Origin: a virus
DNA: 64,000 nucleotides
Direction: 5' to 3' (one strand)
Virus record (IMG/VR): IMGVR_UViG_3300026292_000602
Location: 1 to 64,000 of that record
The position numbers were made by a program, and so were the translations under genes. This document shows positions 10,179-16,678 of the stretch, in pieces (position 1 is the first letter of the stretch; each line of letters starts with the position of its first letter). The notes below the pieces were generated by a model, which was not told the origin of the DNA, ran no database searches, and saw nothing but the letters and a program-made list of their open reading frames with translations.

Positions 10179-10325
10179 TTACCTTCCTTGACCTCTATAG
10201 AACTTAAGGCTTCTTTTTTTACTCTTATTCATAGACGCTAATTTACAAGATCTTTTGCGTCCAGCTTGGGAAGTTTTTTTAGGTTGACTTACGTGTTCAG
10301 TATATCCACTGTGCATCCTTGCCAT
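10179..10325 (-). CDS. Small basic protein ending YRGQGR (48 aa)
   Basis: Manual translation MARMHSG...KKRSLKFYRGQGR; AAGGA SD. Confidence 0.7.
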   Translation of the reverse strand: MARMHSGYTEHVSQPKKTSQAGRKRSCKLASMNKSKKRSLKFYRGQGR

Positions 10326-10393
10326 AATTGTTCCTTTCGATTAACTATGCAGTTATTTACCAAAAAGCAACAGATGTTACGTTAGGACCCATT

Positions 10394-10496
10394 TGGCTCT
10401 GGGGGTAGGACTCGAACCTACACGGTTAAATATATTGCAGTACATTTAGCCATACGAGAAACAATCGTACGTGTCTACCAATTCCACCACCCCAGA
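10394..10496 (-). tRNA. Atypical tRNA with GUU (Asn) anticodon, class II body and very long variable arm (103 nt)
   Basis: Acceptor UCUGGGG/CCCCAGA, G73, CCA; Leu/Ser-like D arm; anticodon stem UACGA/UCGUA with loop UUGUUUC; ~30-nt variable arm; T arm GUAGG-UUCGAGU-CCUAC. Confidence 0.85.
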
Positions 10497-10499
10497 TCG

Positions 10500-10658
10500 T
10501 TATTTTACGTTTACTATCCTCTTTAATAGTTCAACGTACTTTTTAATATCTTTACGTTTCCTTTTCTTAACAACTTTTGGGTTTTCTTTCTTTTCAGGCA
10601 ATATAGCACCTGTTGTAATATAGTGTAATGTTAAAGGATTGTTAGGATCGTAAGCCAT
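10500..10658 (-). CDS. Small basic hypothetical protein (52 aa)
   Basis: MAYDPNNPLTLHYITTG...KKRKRK; ATG overlaps the upstream stop. Confidence 0.6.
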   Translation of the reverse strand: MAYDPNNPLTLHYITTGAILPEKKENPKVVKKRKRKDIKKYVELLKRIVNVK

Positions 10659-11533
10659 TAACAAGCCGCCACTGGATCGTGTGTTAACGATGCCATTTGC
10701 TCTACTCTTGTCTCTGGGTTCTCTAGTCTATCTAATGCACTTATCATACGTGTCATTCCTATACCACCACCTACTCTTGGAAAGAAGTCGTGTTTTAAGA
10801 ACGTTTCTAGTTCTTCTTCTACTCTTTCTTTACCAAACTTGTCAAACAGTAAGTTACTGTAAGCACCTTCAGTAATTGTATGGAAAGTATCTCGCATTTG
10901 CTCTACATCAGTTGAACGTTCTGCACTACCTATTGTTTCCATTCCACCTAGTATTACATCTATCTTTTTACTTGTACCATCAGTATTTCTACTCATGTTC
11001 CAGAAAGGACTTGTAAACTCTGGGAAGTCTGTAATCATAGTTGTATAATAGTTTTCAAACATTTTAGTTTCATGCTCTGCCGTTAGCTCTCCTTCAATGC
11101 CGTATTCTTCTTGCCATTCGGCATAAGTTTTTTCTGTGGGCATCTTAAAGCCTAAGTGTTGACATAGTTCGTATTCCATCTTTTTAAGATCATCTATGTC
11201 ACCTGGCATTTCAAATTCAAACATTGGAAATATTATATCATGTCTACCTGGTATTGCATTAGGTTCTTGTCTGTAGGAAGTGGAGACACAAAAAAACCCC
11301 TTCGAAGAGGGGCGTGTAAGTAATTCGTATTCTAGCCACATCTGGCCCGTTTGCGGTAACGGCCAAACTTGTCCTGCATAATTGTATGTTGCTACATTAA
11401 AAGGATCTTCACACGCCGCCAGTATGCTTAATCTGTTTTGTGTGTGTACTTCTTCAAATCCTTTATTCAAAAAAAATGACCTTAAAAGGCCAACTGTCTT
11501 CGTAAATTTACTCGGGTTTATTAATTGCGTCAT
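10658..11533 (-). CDS. Class IIb aminoacyl-tRNA synthetase catalytic core (AsnRS / archaeal-type AsnA-like), no anticodon-binding domain
   Basis: Motif 1 FF..KGFEEVHT, motif 2 YRQEP..GRH..F, motif 3 GGGIGMTRM; begins directly at motif 1. Confidence 0.85.
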   Translation of the reverse strand: MTQLINPSKFTKTVGLLRSFFLNKGFEEVHTQNRLSILAACEDPFNVATYNYAGQVWPLPQTGQMWLEYELLTRPSSKGFFCVSTSYRQEPNAIPGRHDIIFPMFEFEMPGDIDDLKKMEYELCQHLGFKMPTEKTYAEWQEEYGIEGELTAEHETKMFENYYTTMITDFPEFTSPFWNMSRNTDGTSKKIDVILGGMETIGSAERSTDVEQMRDTFHTITEGAYSNLLFDKFGKERVEEELETFLKHDFFPRVGGGIGMTRMISALDRLENPETRVEQMASLTHDPVAAC

Positions 11534-11636
11534 TTCTTTTTTCCTTTTTGAGTTATACGTCAAAAAAAATTTAAGTCAAAAAAAAACTTGACTGTGTTTC
11601 TTCTGTCTAGGTATTTATCATCTAGGCGAAAAAACG

Positions 11637-11713
11637 TGGCGGGAGTGAAGGGACTCGAACCCTCGGCCTTCCGCGTGACAGGCGGACGCTCTAACCAACT
11701 GAGCTACACCCCC
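11637..11713 (-). tRNA. tRNA-Asp(GTC)
   Basis: Canonical cloverleaf, CCA encoded. Confidence 0.95.
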
Positions 11714-11723
11714 ACTATTTTAG

Positions 11724-11798
11724 TGGTAGTCCCTAGGAGAATCGAACTCCTCTTTGCGGTATGAAAAACCGCTGTCCTAACCGATAGACGAAGGGACC
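11724..11798 (-). tRNA. tRNA-Glu(TTC)
   Basis: Cloverleaf with anticodon arm GCGGU-UUUUCAU-ACCGC, CCA encoded. Confidence 0.93.
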
Positions 11799-11806
11799 AC
11801 TTTAAG

Positions 11807-11882
11807 TGGTGGAGCACGAGGGAATCGAACCCACGACCTCCTGAATGCAAATCAGGCGCTCTCCCAACTGAGCTAGTGCCCC
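11807..11882 (-). tRNA. tRNA-Ala(TGC)
   Basis: Cloverleaf with G3-U70, CCA encoded. Confidence 0.95.
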
Positions 11883-12058
11883 ATAGTTTAATTAGTTATC
11901 CACAGCCTGATATACAGACTATAAGCAAACTTGGATCTATTGCATTTATAACGGCTCCTACCACTATAACGCCCAACCAAATTTCTATAGGTGTCATGTC
12001 ACACACTCCATACTAATTGAACTTACTAGAACTATTATAGCAGAGTTGCTATGGCTTG

Positions 12059-13126
12059 TCAACCTAATAATGGATTTGATGGATTAACTTCTAAATACTT
12101 ACCCCATTCGGCGTAATAATGACGCATACCAACTTCATCGTGTATAGTATGATTCTCGTGTCTACCATGTAAAATGTTTCTACGTTCAGTACCTGGAGCC
12201 ATTGATGCACCTTGTCCTGTAACGCCTAGCAAGTCTTCGTGTAAGTTTCTACCAAAAGGTCCCCAAATAGTATTATGGTGTCTAATACGAGTTTGTCTTT
12301 CTTCTGGTGTATCTTTCTTTAGTCCGTATCCTCTAAATTCAATTAGTACACTATTAGGTCCTAAAGGAGTTACACTATCTGAACGATATGCACTACCACG
12401 TAGGTTAAAGTTAAAGCCAGGAAATAAGTCAACCATATACCATTGATTGGGCGGTAAGTTAGGAAAACTTAATTCTCCTCTATCACCTTCCTTATCAAAC
12501 TCTGTATAGTTGACAGTAAAAGAACTAACATTAACGTGGCCGTTATCGAACGCAATATTCTTACGAGCAAAGTATTCATCATTAAATCCTGTTACACGAT
12601 TGAAGTAGTGCATAAAGTCATGATAAAATTCACTGTTAGTATCGTGCCATAGTTTATAGTTAGTAGGAATGATTGCTTTATGATAATGGAATACTTCTAA
12701 TTCCTCTGTATCAATAGCATCAGCTATACAATCAAATGCACCTGCTGTCCATTGTTCTACAGTTTGATCAGGTTCAGGGTTTAATGTTACCCATATCATA
12801 CCTCCGTGCTTTACTTCCAAATGCAACTGTGGTTCAACAGTTACAATAGGTGCTCCTAATGTTCCTGCTGGTGTTTGATTACCATAGTTACGATATGCTT
12901 TAAATCCTTTGCCTGTATTATATACAAGAACATTAACACCTGCTATCTGTGTTGTTCTAAAGTCTAACTCATTTGGTAGTTCACTTTTATGACACATAGG
13001 TATCCAAACCTTACTAAAGATTTGTTCTTGTTCTTTATCGTGTATGTCTTGATTGTTATAGCACTCGCTACTAATATATTCTACTTTTGGTTCTGCTAAC
13101 CAATTTCTATGATTGCGTGGTGGCAT
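12059..13126 (-). CDS. Ring-hydroxylating (Rieske-type) oxygenase alpha subunit homolog lacking the Rieske cluster ligands
   Basis: E..IFSKVW..CH.SELP N-terminus, NYK...EFYH...H and later ED catalytic residues; no CxH...CxxH. Confidence 0.8.
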   Translation of the reverse strand: MPPRNHRNWLAEPKVEYISSECYNNQDIHDKEQEQIFSKVWIPMCHKSELPNELDFRTTQIAGVNVLVYNTGKGFKAYRNYGNQTPAGTLGAPIVTVEPQLHLEVKHGGMIWVTLNPEPDQTVEQWTAGAFDCIADAIDTEELEVFHYHKAIIPTNYKLWHDTNSEFYHDFMHYFNRVTGFNDEYFARKNIAFDNGHVNVSSFTVNYTEFDKEGDRGELSFPNLPPNQWYMVDLFPGFNFNLRGSAYRSDSVTPLGPNSVLIEFRGYGLKKDTPEERQTRIRHHNTIWGPFGRNLHEDLLGVTGQGASMAPGTERRNILHGRHENHTIHDEVGMRHYYAEWGKYLEVNPSNPLLG

Positions 13127-13204
13127 TCTACTTACTCCTTCTCACCTAGCTAGATATTTATTTGTAGTATTCTAAAAGTATTATAGGCTTTGTCTATGTA
13201 GAAA

Positions 13205-13505
13205 TAGACGCAACGTTTCTGTTGCTAGGTACGTTGCCAACCCCGAGTGATTATGCCGCTAGGGCAAAATCCTCATTTACCGCAGTTACTGGCGCAGAAA
13301 AATCTACGAAAGTAACGTTGGTTAGTGCATTATCGTTTGCATCTATAACGTTTGTTCGCGTTAACGGAGCTTACATCCCGGTAATCTCGTTCAACCTTAA
13401 CAAGCCAGTCGATCCTATTTCTACCCCGTAGGGGGTGTATTGAAATGGTGGAGTAGCCGGGTATCGCACCCGGGTCCTGCTCTTGTGACATACGTTGCTG
13501 TCATC
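13205..13505 (-). ncRNA. ssrA: tmRNA, circularly permuted two-piece type
   Basis: Acceptor piece ...CCCGGGUGCGAUACCCGGCUACUCCACCA (3' end 13446) lies upstream of the coding piece GGGGUAGAAAUAGGAUCGAC (5' end 13427); tag ANDNALTNVTFVDFSAPVTAVNEDFALAA at 13340-13251. Outer boundaries approximate. Confidence 0.93.
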
Positions 13506-13577
13506 AATTACAGTAATATTTAGCCTTAATATGCTACTATTATAGGAAAAGAGATAACTAATGTCAAAGGAAAAACA

Positions 13578-13781
13578 ATGCCAAAAAATAGAATATTCAA
13601 ATTCACAGATGGTGAAGAAATAAAAGAAGTAACTGCTATGGGTTGGAAGAAGGCTGTAAAGTCATTCCAAGGCGGTGCAAAGGTTACATCAACAGTTGTA
13701 TCCTGGGTCGGCAAAAAAGGTAAAGAGTTAACTAAAACAATTAAGTTACCAATAGGCAGATCTAAAAAAATAGGAAAGTAA
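13578..13781 (+). CDS. Small basic hypothetical protein
   Basis: ORF with AAGGA SD. Confidence 0.7.
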   Translation: MPKNRIFKFTDGEEIKEVTAMGWKKAVKSFQGGAKVTSTVVSWVGKKGKELTKTIKLPIGRSKKIGK

Positions 13782-13782
13782 T

Positions 13783-13980
13783 ATGGCTGGGCATAAAGTA
13801 AGAGGGCCAAAGTCCGTTCATTACAAAAGAGAAGCTAAACGTGATGGCGAGATGATTGAAGTTAAACCCGTTAGATATTATGGACCTGGATCAAATGGTC
13901 GTATGTGTGGAGCATTCGCAGATACTGGCGAAATGATTATGGGCTCAGACGGAACTCCAAAGCCTTTTAAATCGATTTAA
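13783..13980 (+). CDS. Hypothetical protein
   Basis: ORF coupled to the previous gene. Confidence 0.65.
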   Translation: MAGHKVRGPKSVHYKREAKRDGEMIEVKPVRYYGPGSNGRMCGAFADTGEMIMGSDGTPKPFKSI

Positions 13981-13983
13981 AAT

Positions 13984-14211
13984 TTATCTATTGAAGTTAT
14001 CAGGGCGGACAAGATTTCCTGCTATCATTCTTCCCCTGTTATCAACAAGTTCAAACTCTAATAGCATCTTGTTCGAGATGTTTGTGATCTGTGCACCTTC
14101 AAAAGCAGATATATGTACGAACACGTCTTGTCCGCCATCATCTGGAGTTATAAACCCGTAACCCTTTTTAGCGTCAAACCACTTCAGTTTTCCAACTATT
14201 CTCTCACTCAT
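13984..14211 (-). CDS. cspA: Cold shock protein
   Basis: KWFDAKKGYGFI (RNP1) and DVFVHISA (RNP2). Confidence 0.93.
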   Translation of the reverse strand: MSERIVGKLKWFDAKKGYGFITPDDGGQDVFVHISAFEGAQITNISNKMLLEFELVDNRGRMIAGNLVRPDNFNR

Positions 14212-14382
14212 GTTTGTGTCTATTATCCTTAGATTGTTTAGTAGATTTTGTAATACTTCCTACTAGAGTATTTATTAATTTGTTGATGTAATTAAGTGAT
14301 ATTTTTATTGTGTGCCTGGGTGCCTATCACAAGTATAGGACTAACCCCAAACGAGGAAGTCCTATATTGCAAACCAAAAATT

Positions 14383-14562
14383 TTATAAAGAGTTTTTCTT
14401 TTCTTGGATTTCTTTTCTACGTTCCTTAGAAAGTTTACCTAAGTTACCTAAAGCCTTACGAGCTCTTGCCGCCGCGGCTTTTACATTTTTAGTATCGAAT
14501 GATTCTGACTCTTTTACGTAGCTTTCCATTTCAGAAAGTATTTGTTCATGAATAGTTGACAT
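14383..14562 (-). CDS. Histone H1-like (Hc1-family) small basic protein (59 aa)
   Basis: Manual translation ...KNVKAAAARARKALGNLGKLSKERRKEIQEKKN; AAGGAG SD. Confidence 0.75.
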   Translation of the reverse strand: MSTIHEQILSEMESYVKESESFDTKNVKAAAARARKALGNLGKLSKERRKEIQEKKNSL

Positions 14563-14649
14563 AATTATTCTCCTTGTTCTTAATTAATTATTTTATTTTA
14601 TGTTATTTACGTTAAATTGTGGCTTGTAGGTGCCGTAATTGGCGAAATA

Positions 14650-14940
14650 CTAGTCGCCAACGAATACATTTGGTGATCCACCTGCTGTATCTGGACCACA
14701 ATGTGGGGGAATTGGACAAAGTGCGTCTGGACTTGCACCATCTGGAGAGTGATTTACTACTGCAATACCTCCAGCAAAGACTTTATTGGATCCAGCACTT
14801 AAAGATCCTCCACCATGTGAATTTGGATCTCCATCTACACTTACTAATAAGTTATTTGCGAAAACTGTACTTTGTCCTGCAACATTTGTACTTGCTCCAC
14901 AAACTCGAGGGTCTGTATCTCTATGAATTGGTATTGTCAT
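14650..14940 (-). CDS. PAAR-like spike tip protein (T4 gp5.4-like)
   Basis: HR..D...CG, GS..VF repeats, GSPNVFVGD end. Confidence 0.85.
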   Translation of the reverse strand: MTIPIHRDTDPRVCGASTNVAGQSTVFANNLLVSVDGDPNSHGGGSLSAGSNKVFAGGIAVVNHSPDGASPDALCPIPPHCGPDTAGGSPNVFVGD

Positions 14941-14948
14941 GTAAGTAT

Positions 14949-15269
14949 TTATTTACGAACTAGATCTGCCATACCAGCGGGTGCTTGTACAATATTACTT
15001 GTCTGCTTGGTATATGCGTCTGCAAATTCTGAACGTGTCTTGTGTACTAAAGTAATCGCTTGATGTTTAATAACATATGATTTACCCATATCGGCAGTAA
15101 ACAAAAACTGTTGTAAGCCAATCCCTTTTTCACTAGCAACTAGTGTAAGTGGTTTGTTTACTTTAATAGTCTTGTCGTCATCTGCTTCAAACTTACCTAC
15201 AAGTTCTTCACCTGATGTAAGTTTAATTGTAATAACATCTCCTACTTTGTATGCTGGTTCAATTAACAT
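14949..15269 (-). CDS. Sm/LSm-fold-like hypothetical protein
   Basis: VITIKLTSGEELVGKF resembles the Sm1 motif. Confidence 0.5.
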   Translation of the reverse strand: MLIEPAYKVGDVITIKLTSGEELVGKFEADDDKTIKVNKPLTLVASEKGIGLQQFLFTADMGKSYVIKHQAITLVHKTRSEFADAYTKQTSNIVQAPAGMADLVRK

Positions 15270-15277
15270 AATTTCTC

Positions 15278-15562
15278 CTAGTGGTTGTGGTTCATTCCTG
15301 TATTTTCCATAACCTCAACTAATTGTTCATACCCTCCTACATACTTACCGTGTAGTATAATCTGCGGAGCAGTTCTTGGCATAGGTAAGTTATTCAGTTC
15401 AAACTCTTTTATTAAAGTTTCAACTTGGATATCCTTTCCAATTACACTTTCAGTATAAGGAATCTTCTTGTTATCTAATAACATCTTTGCTTTTACACAA
15501 GAAGGACAATTAGGTTTAGAATATACAACGGTAGTACTAGGTGTAGCTTGTTTAGTTTCCAT
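15278..15562 (-). CDS. Glutaredoxin
   Basis: CPSC, RTAPQI, GGY; adjacent to nrdAB. Confidence 0.92.
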   Translation of the reverse strand: METKQATPSTTVVYSKPNCPSCVKAKMLLDNKKIPYTESVIGKDIQVETLIKEFELNNLPMPRTAPQIILHGKYVGGYEQLVEVMENTGMNHNH

Positions 15563-16665
15563 TATAGTTTAAATCCTTTTAGTGAGTCAGTACTGACATC
15601 TTGTTTAATACCACCAACAATATAACTTTCAACTTCTGTTTCTTGTGGTGCTACTTGTAATCCTGAAGAACTCAACCAATGCTGTGTCCATGGTAGAGGA
15701 TTCTGTGTTGATGGTGTATCAAATATAGGTTTGTATCCTAATGCTTTAAGTCTTCTGTTAGCAATATATTCTACATAGTTTCCTAATAGTTTTTCATTAA
15801 GACCAATAATAGATCCATCTTTCATTAAATGATGTGCCCAAGCCTTTTCTTCTTCAACGCAGGTCTTCCACATTTCATAAACTTCAGCTTCACACTCTTT
15901 TGCAATAGAGGCTATTTCTTTATCGTCTTCACCACGCATCCAGTTCTTAATTATGTGTGAACTTAATGCAAGGTGTTGACTTTCATCTCTAGCTATTAAA
16001 CTAACAATCTTTGCAGAACCTTCCATAAGTTTTAGTTCACCAAATGCAAAGGTACAAGCAAAAGAAACATAAAAACGTAATCCTTCTAAGATGTTTACGT
16101 TCATCATCGCTAAGAACAACTTCTTCTTAACATCTCTCATTGTGCCTTTCTTTAAGTGTATAAACTTATCCGCGGCTTCTGTGAACGCATCATAGTTTTT
16201 AGTAACACTAATTGCACGTTCAATAATTTTATCATCTTCTAATATAGTATCTAATACTTCACTAGGGTCAGCATATACGTTCTTCATAATGTGTGTATAA
16301 GAACGACTGTGTATAGTTTCAAAGAAATCCCAAGTAACAATACAACCTTCTAGTTCAGGTATACTTACGTGTGGTAAGAAAGCTAAACATGGTCCTCTAC
16401 CTTGTACACTATCTAATAGTGTTTGGTATTTTAGATTTGCCGTGAAGATATGTTTTTGCTCAGGACGAAAATTTGCATAATCGCTTCTATCCTTTTGTAA
16501 TGAAACCTCTTCAGGTCTCCAAAAGTAACCTAGCATTGTTTGATTTAATTTATCAAATACTGGAAATTTGAATACATCATACCTTTGTGTATTCTGATCG
16601 GGTCCAAAGAACATGGTGCTCTTTGTAAAGTCTACTTTTTCTCTGTTAAATACTGTTTTTGCCAC
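15562..16665 (-). CDS. nrdB: Ribonucleotide reductase class Ia beta subunit
   Basis: FWRPEE, ETIHSRSY, EGLRFY, RDESQH, APQETE. Confidence 0.97.
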   Translation of the reverse strand: MAKTVFNREKVDFTKSTMFFGPDQNTQRYDVFKFPVFDKLNQTMLGYFWRPEEVSLQKDRSDYANFRPEQKHIFTANLKYQTLLDSVQGRGPCLAFLPHVSIPELEGCIVTWDFFETIHSRSYTHIMKNVYADPSEVLDTILEDDKIIERAISVTKNYDAFTEAADKFIHLKKGTMRDVKKKLFLAMMNVNILEGLRFYVSFACTFAFGELKLMEGSAKIVSLIARDESQHLALSSHIIKNWMRGEDDKEIASIAKECEAEVYEMWKTCVEEEKAWAHHLMKDGSIIGLNEKLLGNYVEYIANRRLKALGYKPIFDTPSTQNPLPWTQHWLSSSGLQVAPQETEVESYIVGGIKQDVSTDSLKGFKL

Positions 16666-16678
16666 TTATTGATCCTTC

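Noticed and set aside
10394-10496. tRNA-Sec or intron-containing tRNA
   Set aside because: The anticodon is GUU rather than UCA, the acceptor/T stems are the standard 7/5, and the extra sequence sits in the variable arm as a hairpin
13222-13431. 69-aa plus-strand ORF
   Set aside because: Antisense to the tmRNA coding piece
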